A stretch of 64,000 nt of DNA from Promethearchaeota archaeon (GTDB taxonomy: Archaea > Asgardarchaeota > Lokiarchaeia > Sigyniarchaeales > SOKP01): positions 21,629 through 85,628 of the forward strand of contig JAUVXW010000013.1 of the NCBI GenBank assembly GCA_030603385.1, given 5' to 3'. Positions within the stretch are counted from its first letter, which is position 1. Each line of letters begins with the position of its first letter. Under the pieces are notes generated by a model. It was not told the DNA's origin. It did no database searches and worked only from the letters and a program-made list of their open reading frames with translations. This document shows, piece after piece, positions 21,158 to 30,500 of this stretch. Both the position numbers and the translations under genes were made by a program.

Positions 21158-21585
21158 TATTCAGACAAACTGTCAATTGTAGAATTAATGGTTTCTCTTA
21201 GAATCATCTTGGTCTGGTTTGAAAGGCTTTGATTAATTTCAGAATCCAATTTTTCCTTACAAAATAGAATTCTCGCTTTTTCAGTAAACTCTACTAGAAT
21301 TTTATTTTCCTCAACACTTTTTTGATTTATAAAACCGTTTGAAATCCAATACCATAACTCATTAGATATTGTTTCTCCTCTTATATTCCCATCTTTCCTA
21401 CACCCATGAAAGACAATATTTCCAATTACTTTTTTCTTATTTAAAGAAATAAAAATCTCATCTAAAGCAAGTAATAATTTGTCATAATCTTGTCTTCCCC
21501 CTACAAGACATAGATAATTTAGAAGTAATTGTGATGCATTTATAAATTTATTTTCAGATGGCATACTATTATTTAATTCATTCAT
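21157..21585 (-). CDS. Hypothetical winged-helix-like protein coupled to the HD gene
   Basis: Its stop overlaps the HD start (TAATG); pattern GR...K...S.EL....GFI...TEK. Confidence 0.55.
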   Translation of the reverse strand: MNELNNSMPSENKFINASQLLLNYLCLVGGRQDYDKLLLALDEIFISLNKKKVIGNIVFHGCRKDGNIRGETISNELWYWISNGFINQKSVEENKILVEFTEKARILFCKEKLDSEINQSLSNQTKMILRETINSTIDSLSE

Positions 21586-22103
21586 AGATCCTCAATTTTT
21601 TTAATAATTTCCATTATTAATATAAGTGCACAATGTTTCTATTAAATTTTATTACATATTTCTTTGTTCATGAGAGAATATTTTCTAATTAACAACTAAA
21701 GAAGTTAAATTGGACTCCTTTTATTATGATATATATTATGTTCTTTATTCAAAAATAGTATAAAAATGATATAACACATATTATTTATTAAATTCACCTA
21801 ATTAGTGAAACAAATTAGAAGCTATTTTTTTTTTCTATAAAAAAAATCCTATTCAATATAGGATTAGAGGTATTCTTTTTATTTTTATATTCATAACCCT
21901 AACTTATTTTAATTCAATATATCTGAACTCATAGCATATTTGTATGATTTCGTTGTTGTACTAGTGAAAAAAATAATAGAATTACGCTTTTAGTTCAAGA
22001 ACCTTAGTTTTAAATTCTCCCTACTTTTTCAATAACCCATTTCAAGAAAATTTAAAATGTTTTTAGTTACAAATTTCTTGCTTATGAAATGTCTAATATC
22101 AAT

Positions 22104-23660
22104 TTAAAAAAAGATAAAATCTAGATCCTCAGATTCACAAAACCTATTTAGCTTTCCGGGAAGGTCATTGTTAGATAAATCGATGTATTGTAATGAATTA
22201 AGCTCTTTTTGCTCCTTGAACTTAATAATTTGATTATTTTCTAAGCTAACTCCTTGTAATCTCCTTAGCCCATCTAATCCTTCCAGAATAGTGATCTTAT
22301 TATTTTTAAGTCGAAGGTATCTTAAATCATGTAATAATTTTAAACCTTTTATTTTTGTTATTTGATTATAGCTTAAGTCTAAATCATTTAGATTCTTAAG
22401 CGTTTCCAACCCTTTAATCTCTGTAATGCGATTTTTCTCCAATCTTAAACTTTGTAAGTTCTCAAGATATGCCAATCCTTCAATATTATAGATGCCGTTC
22501 TTGTTTAGATTTAACCCCTGTAATTTATGTAAATTACTCAATCCTGTGATTCTTTCAATATTATTATAACTTAAAATTAATCGTTCCAAATTTTTTAAAT
22601 TTTCTAAACCTTTAATTTTATGAATAGAATTGAAATAAATATCTAATTTTTTTAGGTTTTGAAGATAATCAAGCCCTTTAATTTCATTAATTTTATTACT
22701 TGCAAGATATAACTCCTCCAAGTTTTTTAAATTCTCAAGTCCAGAAATCTCTTCGATCTTATTAGATGATAAATTAAGGAACTTCAAGTTTGTTAATGCG
22801 CTTAATCCATTTATAGCCTTGATTTTATTTCGATCTAAATTCAACCTTTCCAAGCTTTTTAGATTCTCAAGATTATCAATAAAAGTTAGTGATTCTTGTG
22901 AAATATTTAATCCTTTTAATCCGGAAAGCTTACTCAGACCTTTTATATCGCTTATTCTCTCAACATTCTTAACAGTTAGTGTTCCATTTTTCATGAAAGC
23001 CTTTTTTCCCTTGCACAAGACATATTGATAATTCAATAATTCTTTTTCGGGGCACATTACTTGCATATAATCAAATAACTTATCCTTCATTTCATAAAGT
23101 GTTTTTGTGTTGTTGAATTTCTCAATGAAAAAGTCTTTGATCCTATCTTTTTCGTCTAAAGCTAAGTTCTGAAAAAGGGAATGGAATTCTTCATGAGTCA
23201 AAAAATTATAATACTTCTCTTCTAATAAAAATTGAATTGTGCTCCAGTTTTTGCTTGATAATTTTTTCGCAATCTCTTCTTTAAAAACTTTTTTGGCTAA
23301 TGGGTCTCCTACTTCTGTTAATTTTTTTAGTAATGGGAAGGCAAGGTTTGAATGTATAAGGTTTGTATTATAATCTTCCTCGTACCACACTTGAAGATTA
23401 CTGCTATGTCCCAAAAACTCTAATTCAGGTGAGATTCTCTTTGATTTATTATTGTAAGAAGGATCTAAAGACATATCGAGTTTTACAGCAACTTCATCAA
23501 TAGATCCAACGTCGTCTAAAAGGTAGATCTCGTCTACAGAAATATCCAATAATAAAAATTTACATTGGTCAAATCTCTCCCCGTTTACATATATGATAGT
23601 TTCTTTTCCTTCAAGCTTTAAGGCAATATATTCATTTACCTTGAACTCTTTAGTATCCAT
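22104..23660 (-). CDS. Leucine-rich repeat protein with Lokiarchaeia-type N-terminal domain
   Basis: FKVNEYIALKLE...GHSSNLQVW domain followed by SDS22-like 22-aa repeats (LxxLxLxxNxIxxIxGL). Confidence 0.9.
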   Translation of the reverse strand: MDTKEFKVNEYIALKLEGKETIIYVNGERFDQCKFLLLDISVDEIYLLDDVGSIDEVAVKLDMSLDPSYNNKSKRISPELEFLGHSSNLQVWYEEDYNTNLIHSNLAFPLLKKLTEVGDPLAKKVFKEEIAKKLSSKNWSTIQFLLEEKYYNFLTHEEFHSLFQNLALDEKDRIKDFFIEKFNNTKTLYEMKDKLFDYMQVMCPEKELLNYQYVLCKGKKAFMKNGTLTVKNVERISDIKGLSKLSGLKGLNISQESLTFIDNLENLKSLERLNLDRNKIKAINGLSALTNLKFLNLSSNKIEEISGLENLKNLEELYLASNKINEIKGLDYLQNLKKLDIYFNSIHKIKGLENLKNLERLILSYNNIERITGLSNLHKLQGLNLNKNGIYNIEGLAYLENLQSLRLEKNRITEIKGLETLKNLNDLDLSYNQITKIKGLKLLHDLRYLRLKNNKITILEGLDGLRRLQGVSLENNQIIKFKEQKELNSLQYIDLSNNDLPGKLNRFCESEDLDFIFF

Positions 23661-23845
23661 TACTATTATAATTATATATCTCCCTTTTAAATCTTAGGTG
23701 GATAATAATTTTTTAAACCACTTTAATTGGTTATGTTATCATGACAATAGTTCAAAAAAAAAGAATATTAATTATGGGAAAATAACGTCAAGGTTCTTTC
23801 CCGTTTTTACCCGGTGTCCCGAATATCTCTTATGAGATCGCTTAA

Positions 23846-24103
23846 TTACAGGAATCCGCCTGCTTGCGTAGCCATTACTGTTATAACGTCTTTCTTTGGA
23901 TGAATTCCTATTTTAGTGAATTTTAATTGATCAGGTAATACTTTTCCTTTAAATATGAATTGTATAGCTAGGATAGGGTTCAACTTATATTCACGTTGTA
24001 CAGTTTTCTTAATCTCTGCTATTGAATTATTAGGATCAAGTTCAATTAGTTTAATTGCTTGATCAGGGGGTACACCAGTAAGTCTAAATCTATATTGAGT
24101 CAT
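23846..24103 (-). CDS. Ubiquitin-like protein with GG-FL C-terminus
   Basis: SIAEIKK, QFIFKGKVL (compare ubiquitin RLIFAGKQL), ends QAGGFL. Confidence 0.8.
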   Translation of the reverse strand: MTQYRFRLTGVPPDQAIKLIELDPNNSIAEIKKTVQREYKLNPILAIQFIFKGKVLPDQLKFTKIGIHPKKDVITVMATQAGGFL

Positions 24104-24254
24104 TTTAAATCATAACTTTTTTTTTAATTAATTCTTTCTATATATTATTAAAAAGATATTGGGTAATTTTCTACTTAAGGTCTTTGGTATTTTTTTGTTG
24201 ACTCTGGTATACTTAAATCAATGTTAAATGTTTAATATTATCAATGGACATTTT

Positions 24255-24455
24255 TTAGTCTTTTTTAAATCGAAAAGGTTCTAGTGGAGGCCCTGGTGGA
24301 CCAGGTGGAGATGGAATGGGTCCAGGTTGTGGGCGTGGTGGAAAGCGTCCTAATCTACTTTCTATATAGGATATACGTTGTTCTAATTTATTTAATCTCT
24401 CTTCAATCACCTTTATTCTCTTTAATATGTTTGGATCTTCAATCGACATTTGCAA
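24255..24455 (-). CDS. Small coiled-coil protein with proline-rich tail
   Basis: IKVIEERLNKLEQRISYIESRL then FPPRPQPGPIPSPPGPPGPP. Confidence 0.6.
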   Translation of the reverse strand: MQMSIEDPNILKRIKVIEERLNKLEQRISYIESRLGRFPPRPQPGPIPSPPGPPGPPLEPFRFKKD

Positions 24456-24586
24456 TAAAATTCTTAAATAATTATGATTACTATATCAAGTTTTAAAATT
24501 AATTCCTAAGTTATTAAAATTTTATGTTAGATTAATTTTTAAACAAAATATACTCAATTTAATGCGATTAGTATTTCACCAGTTTT

Positions 24587-24633
24587 TTAGTATAAGTATA
24601 ATAAAAAAGTATACTTTTTTATAGTTATACTAA
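24587..24633. promoter_or_regulatory. Nested inverted repeat, candidate operator
   Basis: Perfect 22-bp palindrome ATAAAAAAGTATACTTTTTTAT (24601-24622), flanked by TTAGTATAA/TTATACTAA, ending 12 bp before a wHTH gene. Confidence 0.65.
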
Positions 24634-24645
24634 TATTATATTATT

Positions 24646-25755
24646 ATGGAAACCTGGAACATTTCAAAAAAATTAAAGAGTGAGCTATTAAAAAAATCTA
24701 GCAATATCGAGGATAATAGTAGGAGAATATTATTTATTCTTAGAAATTTAGGTCCACAAAGATTCACTAATTTAATAAAATATTCAAATTTAAGCAGATC
24801 GACCGTATCTAAATATCTTAATTTTCATAGAAAAAATAAAAACGTAGAACAAAGATTATTTACAGATAAACAAACAAATAAGCAATATCGTGGTTACGTG
24901 ATTACTGAAAGGGGCATCGAAAAACTTGGAGAAGGACCTTTAAAATTAAAAGATGAGTTATTTTTAGTTAATGAATTAAAAGAAAATGTCAGAAAACTCG
25001 AAGATCTAATAGATTTTTATAAGGAAATAAATGTAGTAGATGCATTTATAATCCATATAGTAAGAATTATATCTAAAATAGGTGATAATTTTTTTGAGCT
25101 ACAGCAAGATAGAGATCTGTATTTATCACTTTTTTACATCTTTTATAACTCGATCTTAGGACAAGGTGCTTTTGCAAGAATTTATTGGCATTTTGATAAG
25201 TCTAGTTCTCAAAAATTTGTTGGCTATAAATTAAATTTAGATCAATTTTGTGAAGTTTATAAGGTTTCAAGAGAGGCAATTAATTATTTAGCTAGGTCTA
25301 AGTTGATAAAGAGTAATTTTGGGTTTTATTTAATTCAAAGAGAAGATACAGATTTCTTTTTTCACGAGGAAGATTTGTTGGGAACAACAACTCTTAGGCT
25401 CATTAAAGACAAATTAATTGATGAGATCATTAATCTTCAAGAAGGCATTTACGATATGATTTATGATTTAGACATTATGGCTGAAGAAATTACAAACCAA
25501 TTAAAAGAAATGGGTTTAATATGGGATGCAATTCAAGCACAATTTCAGTTATTGGTCTTAAATCAAATTATTAAGAACGCAATAGAAATGGGTTTTTTAG
25601 ATATAGAAAGAGAAAAATTAATGGAAGGAATTACCCAATCAAAAAAATTGTTAATGTCTAAAGAAGGTAAAATGCTTAAGAAATCCATTTTTAATGGCTT
25701 TAATATTGATTTAAATTTGAATACCCTTACTTTAACGTCAAATCAAGAATCTTAA
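24646..25755 (+). CDS. Winged-helix DNA-binding protein with uncharacterised C-terminal domain
   Basis: RFTNLIKYSNLSRSTVSKYL...YVITERG. Confidence 0.75.
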   Translation: METWNISKKLKSELLKKSSNIEDNSRRILFILRNLGPQRFTNLIKYSNLSRSTVSKYLNFHRKNKNVEQRLFTDKQTNKQYRGYVITERGIEKLGEGPLKLKDELFLVNELKENVRKLEDLIDFYKEINVVDAFIIHIVRIISKIGDNFFELQQDRDLYLSLFYIFYNSILGQGAFARIYWHFDKSSSQKFVGYKLNLDQFCEVYKVSREAINYLARSKLIKSNFGFYLIQREDTDFFFHEEDLLGTTTLRLIKDKLIDEIINLQEGIYDMIYDLDIMAEEITNQLKEMGLIWDAIQAQFQLLVLNQIIKNAIEMGFLDIEREKLMEGITQSKKLLMSKEGKMLKKSIFNGFNIDLNLNTLTLTSNQES

Positions 25756-25834
25756 CGACTGTGGTATTTTAAAAGGATTGGGATTTTAATTAAATACATC
25801 TTCAAACCAACAAAAATCCTAACTCGTTTGGAAT

Positions 25835-27355
25835 ATGCTTGAATTTCAATTATATGGTGTGTTAATTATCCCATTAGTTATCTTTTTCATAGCGATTAGA
25901 CAATTAAATCAAAAAAAAGAATTTAAAATTAACCAATATCTCAAATTAAAACTTGAGGGCGGAAGAACTAATGTATATGTAAATAATCGACGATTTATGC
26001 AATGTATGTACCTGTTATTAAATATTGCCGTTGATAGAATTGAGGAATATGATGAGATTGGATCAATCGATGAAGCTGCTGTAAAATTAGATCGTTCTAT
26101 GGAAAGAAATCATCGTAAAGTTCCACCAGAAACAGAATTTTGGGGGCATTGTTCTAATATACAAGCTTGGGCTGACAATGAATATGATACAAGAATTCTT
26201 CATCGAAATATAGCTTTCCCTTTACTAAAAGCACTTGTTGATGCGGGAGATCCTATTGCTAAACGAAAATTTAAAGAAGAAATTGCGTTAAGATATGCAA
26301 CAGGACACCCTACTGTTATTAGATTCTTAACCCAAAATGGTTATTTACATTACTTAACCGAAGATGAATTTGAAAGTCTGTTAATTGATATAGACTTTCC
26401 AAGTATTGATGAATATTCCAGAAAAATCATACCAAAACTAGATAAAGCTTTAGATCCTGAATCTATCAAACTAATAAGACAACATACTTCTACCTTCATA
26501 AATAAATTTCGATTTAAATATAAATATCTAATTTTATTGAAGGTTTTAGAGAAAGTGCCGGATAAAAGACAAGAGTTTGTAGAAATTATTTATAATAAAT
26601 ATAAGAATGTTAGAAGCTTTCCTATACTTAAATTTTTGAATAAGGCTCAAATCAATTTCAACAAATTGGACCTTAAAATTATTTCTTATAATGAAAGATT
26701 AATTGGTCTAATTTTAGATTCAAAAACTAACTTAAAAAACAAAATGATTGAAAAAATAGAAGATATCAAAGGATTTGAAGAATTTTCTGAAGATATTGAA
26801 GAAATAGATTTGAGTAATAATAGGATAAATAAAATAATAGGACTTGAGAATCTTAAAAACCTAAAGAAATTATATTTAAAAAACAACTACATTGAAAAAA
26901 TCGAAGGGTTGGAAAACCTAACTAATTTGGAATTTTTAGATCTTTCGGGAAATATTAATATCGAAGAAATTCCGGAATGTTTAAATAAATTATCTAGCCT
27001 AAAAACTGTTAAATTAACAGGATGTAGAATTGGAAAATTCTCTGAATCAACATCACGATTTTTTTGGATGGGACAAAATTTTAGATATTTTACAAAATAT
27101 ACAAGCGAAGACATTAAATATTATGAAGAAACTCATGCTTCAAGGGCAGGAGTTAATGGAAGACTTTATAAAAATTTTGTGAAATGGTTATTTAAAATAA
27201 GGAAAATGATGAAGAAATGTAATTTCAATTATGACGATATCAAAAATTTCGAAAAGAAAACCAATTTACAAGCAATTTATTCCGGAAAACCAACAAAAAC
27301 TTTCTTGAAGCACCTTGATGACAAAAAACAAATAAGAATAACAAAATTTATGTAA
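25835..27355 (+). CDS. LRR protein with N-terminal TM helix and Lokiarchaeia-type domain
   Basis: Hydrophobic N-terminus, FKINQYLKLKLE...EFWGHCSNIQAW, a few LRRs. Confidence 0.85.
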   Translation: MLEFQLYGVLIIPLVIFFIAIRQLNQKKEFKINQYLKLKLEGGRTNVYVNNRRFMQCMYLLLNIAVDRIEEYDEIGSIDEAAVKLDRSMERNHRKVPPETEFWGHCSNIQAWADNEYDTRILHRNIAFPLLKALVDAGDPIAKRKFKEEIALRYATGHPTVIRFLTQNGYLHYLTEDEFESLLIDIDFPSIDEYSRKIIPKLDKALDPESIKLIRQHTSTFINKFRFKYKYLILLKVLEKVPDKRQEFVEIIYNKYKNVRSFPILKFLNKAQINFNKLDLKIISYNERLIGLILDSKTNLKNKMIEKIEDIKGFEEFSEDIEEIDLSNNRINKIIGLENLKNLKKLYLKNNYIEKIEGLENLTNLEFLDLSGNINIEEIPECLNKLSSLKTVKLTGCRIGKFSESTSRFFWMGQNFRYFTKYTSEDIKYYEETHASRAGVNGRLYKNFVKWLFKIRKMMKKCNFNYDDIKNFEKKTNLQAIYSGKPTKTFLKHLDDKKQIRITKFM

Positions 27356-27390
27356 AAAATAAATTTTCTATTCTTTCCATAACATTTCCT

Positions 27391-28335
27391 TTAAGAATAC
27401 TCCAACATCTTTTCAATTGGTTTTTTTGCCCGCTTTGCTACATTAGGGGGAACTTTCACCTCGAAAGCTTCATCATCTAGATTCTCCAAGATGTATTTAA
27501 TCAGTTCGAGATTATGCTTCTTCATATTATGGCAAACGAGCTTTTCCTTTGCCAAATAGAACTTATTGGTGGGAAAATCTTGAGCCATTCTTTCTAAAAG
27601 ACCTACTTCTGTTCCAATGATGAATTCAATAACTTTTGATGAATTCTCTTTAACATAATTGTACATCCGAGCAGTTGATCCAACAATATCTGCTAGTTCT
27701 CTAACACCTCTTATACATTCTGGGTGAACAAGAAGTTTTGCGTTAGGGTATTTCTTCTTTATTTCTACAATATCATCAACAGTGATCTGGGAATGAACAT
27801 AACAATGACCATGTGAGGGCATCTGCCAACATTTTATACCTGATTCTTGTTCTGCATAATCGGCCAAATTCGCATCTGGACCAAATAAAACTTCCTTAGT
27901 ACTAAATTCTTTGCTAATTCTCTTTACAATTTCTACTGCGTTTGATGAAGTGCAACATATATCTGATTCTGCTTTCACAGCCGCAGTTGAATTGACGTAC
28001 ACTATAACGGGTAATCCAGGATGTTTTTCTTTATATTCTCTAACCATTTCAGGAGTAAGGAATGCGGCCATAGGACAACATGATTCATAATTCGGAATCA
28101 TTATATGTTTATCCTGATTCAAGATAGAAGCAGTCTCACACATAAAATCAACACCAGCAAATATAATATAATCTGTATTTGCTTTTTCTTTAGTTGTTCG
28201 AGATAATCCGAGAGAGTCTCCTAAATAATCAGCAATTTCTTGAATTTCAATTGGTTGATAATAATGAGCTAAAATAATAACGTTTTTTTGCTTTTTTAGT
28301 GTTAAAATTTCTTCTTGCAGTTGTTTGACAGTCAT
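27391..28335 (-). CDS. nadA: Quinolinate synthase
   Basis: ILAHYYQ, GDSL, CPMA, YVNS, CCTSSNA, HPEC. Confidence 0.97.
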   Translation of the reverse strand: MTVKQLQEEILTLKKQKNVIILAHYYQPIEIQEIADYLGDSLGLSRTTKEKANTDYIIFAGVDFMCETASILNQDKHIMIPNYESCCPMAAFLTPEMVREYKEKHPGLPVIVYVNSTAAVKAESDICCTSSNAVEIVKRISKEFSTKEVLFGPDANLADYAEQESGIKCWQMPSHGHCYVHSQITVDDIVEIKKKYPNAKLLVHPECIRGVRELADIVGSTARMYNYVKENSSKVIEFIIGTEVGLLERMAQDFPTNKFYLAKEKLVCHNMKKHNLELIKYILENLDDEAFEVKVPPNVAKRAKKPIEKMLEYS

Positions 28336-28574
28336 TTTTACAAAAAGGAATCAGTTTTTACTATATTATATAAGGATTTAAGAAAAGATAAGTTGTTTGA
28401 TTATAAAAAATTTGAACAGTGTAATTAAATAGAGATTAATCAAGAATTATTTGAATTAGTAAAATTATTATATTCTGGTAATTATAATGCGAAAAAAGGT
28501 CAAACTTTCAAATAATTTTTTGACCAAAATTCATAATAAGGAAAACCTATATTTACTTATTTTTTTCTTTTTGA

Positions 28575-29315
28575 TTATTTAGAGCAAAAACAACTTTCAT
28601 TCTTAACAATATCTATAATATTAAACCTTAAATCTATTAAATTAACCATCAGAACTTTATTTTCCAGATTCGGGAGACCTAAGGCTGTTTTTATTACTTC
28701 TAAAGCTTCTAATGTACCTAAAATACCAGGAGTCACACCAATTACTGGTAAAGGACCTTCCTCTGGAGGGGCTTCTATAGGTTCTGAAAAAACACATTGA
28801 TAACAAGCAGTCTTTTTTGGATTTATTGTGATAATTTGTCCGTAAAAATCTTTGATCCCCGAAATAACACATCTTAAATTGTTTTCAATAGCTATTTTGT
28901 TAACTAGGAATTTAGTTTCAAAATTGTCACTACAATCGACTATAAAATCATAATCCTTTTCTTCTAAATATTTCTTTATCGATTTTTCATCAATAAAATC
29001 TTTATATACATTAATTTGAACATCTGAATTAAGTTTTGATAATACTTCTTTAGCAGAATTCACCTTGTCTTTTCCAATTTGAGATTCATTATAAAGAATT
29101 TGTCTTTGCAGATTTGAAAGATCTAAAACATCATTATCTATTATTGTTAATTCTTTAATCCCTGCTGCCGTTAAATACAGTGAAAAGGGCGAACCCAAGC
29201 CTCCACAACCTATCTGTAGGATTTTTAACTTTGAAATCTTTTCTTGTCCTTTTTCTCCAATTTCTGGAGATATAATTTGGCGTGAATATCTCTCCTTTTG
29301 CTTTTCAGTTAATAT
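28575..29315 (-). CDS. ThiF/MoeB (E1-like) adenylyltransferase; start apparently ATA at 29315
   Basis: The frame extends upstream of the ORF call as LTEKQKERYSRQII...GQEKI...GCGGLG; also SNLQRQ, CYQC, CFC. Confidence 0.9.
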   Translation of the reverse strand: MLTEKQKERYSRQIISPEIGEKGQEKISKLKILQIGCGGLGSPFSLYLTAAGIKELTIIDNDVLDLSNLQRQILYNESQIGKDKVNSAKEVLSKLNSDVQINVYKDFIDEKSIKKYLEEKDYDFIVDCSDNFETKFLVNKIAIENNLRCVISGIKDFYGQIITINPKKTACYQCVFSEPIEAPPEEGPLPVIGVTPGILGTLEALEVIKTALGLPNLENKVLMVNLIDLRFNIIDIVKNESCFCSK

Positions 29316-29321
29316 AAACTA

Positions 29322-29696
29322 TCACCTATTTATTATTTTTTTTACGTTTTTAATTGTTTCTTCAATTTCTATGAATATTAAACCTAAATTAGTATTCAAA
29401 TTTAATAATGAAACCAAAATTAGTTGTTCATCAGCCCCCATAATAATAAGTTGAAAATCGTTAAATTCTACTGTTAGATTCTCAACAAACTTGCTTCCTA
29501 TTGTTGAAGCTGCTGTTTCAATAGCACCAAACATAGTGGCGGCCATAGCACAAAATTTCCGATCATCGATATCTCTAGGTAATTTTGAAGCAATCAATAA
29601 ACCATTACGGTTAACAAGAGCCGTACCTACAATATCGCTTATACCTTCCAGTTTTTCTAATTCTTTATGGAGATTTTGAACTTTTAAGCTATTCAT
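29322..29696 (-). CDS. Roadblock/LC7 domain protein
   Basis: ALVNRNGLLIASKLP, AMAATMFGAIETAA, NLGLIF. Confidence 0.9.
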   Translation of the reverse strand: MNSLKVQNLHKELEKLEGISDIVGTALVNRNGLLIASKLPRDIDDRKFCAMAATMFGAIETAASTIGSKFVENLTVEFNDFQLIIMGADEQLILVSLLNLNTNLGLIFIEIEETIKNVKKIINR

Positions 29697-29831
29697 TTCT
29701 ATTCAGAAGTTAGCTTCATGTTAATTTCAATTAAGATATGAATTATATAAAGATATCTATTTGAAATTTTAAATCATTAATAATTACTATCCAAACTTGA
29801 AGAAAAAGAATCTTAAAAAAATTGCTTATAA

Positions 29832-30053
29832 CTAAGCCGTAGCTTTTTTTCTATTGCGGTAAAATGATTTCTGGCCATTAAATGCTCGTGTTCTATTCCT
29901 CCACCCTGGCTGACGTAATTTCGCAGATTTACCAAAACCGCAACTGGCACAAAATTTCTTTCTTCTGTGATATGAATGGTTTCCACAACGACGACATGTT
30001 TTATGGCTAGCTGCCTTATTTTTCTTTCCTTTGCTTGGTGTACCTTTTCCCAT
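29832..30053 (-). CDS. rpl37e: Ribosomal protein L37e
   Basis: MGKGTPS, CRRCG..SYH, CASCGFG. Confidence 0.97.
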   Translation of the reverse strand: MGKGTPSKGKKNKAASHKTCRRCGNHSYHRRKKFCASCGFGKSAKLRQPGWRNRTRAFNGQKSFYRNRKKATA

Positions 30054-30058
30054 CTTGC

Positions 30059-30385
30059 TTAAACCTCTTCAGTTTCTTCTCGATGCATTAAATTCTCTTC
30101 TGGATCGCCTGCGAAAACTAAACTTTCACGATCCTGGGCTACAAAGATAACGCTGGCACCCCTGATCATCACTGTGCCTAAATTCTTGCTTCTTTTTCCA
30201 CCACGACCAAAATATATTTCTTTAGCGTCTTCAACAATTAAATTCATATAATTATCGAATTTTACAAGCTTCCCCGTTAAAAATGTGTTCCAAATCTTTA
30301 ATTTGATGTTTACTTCATCTTTCAGGATAGCCTTTGACAAGGTCCTAGATATCGTGTGTTGTGTGTGTTGTGTGTGTTGCGACAT
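30059..30385 (-). CDS. Sm/Lsm protein
   Basis: [22 protein letters not shown]; usual archaeal position upstream of rpl37e. Confidence 0.92.
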   Translation of the reverse strand: MSQHTQHTQHTISRTLSKAILKDEVNIKLKIWNTFLTGKLVKFDNYMNLIVEDAKEIYFGRGGKRSKNLGTVMIRGASVIFVAQDRESLVFAGDPEENLMHREETEEV

Positions 30386-30500
30386 TGAAATGAAATCTCT
30401 TGAAAATTATTCTACGTTATGTTTTTAATTACTTAATCAAATAAATATTTTTTTAAATATATAAGAATTTAAATGAAATATTATTAGATAAGGGATATAA

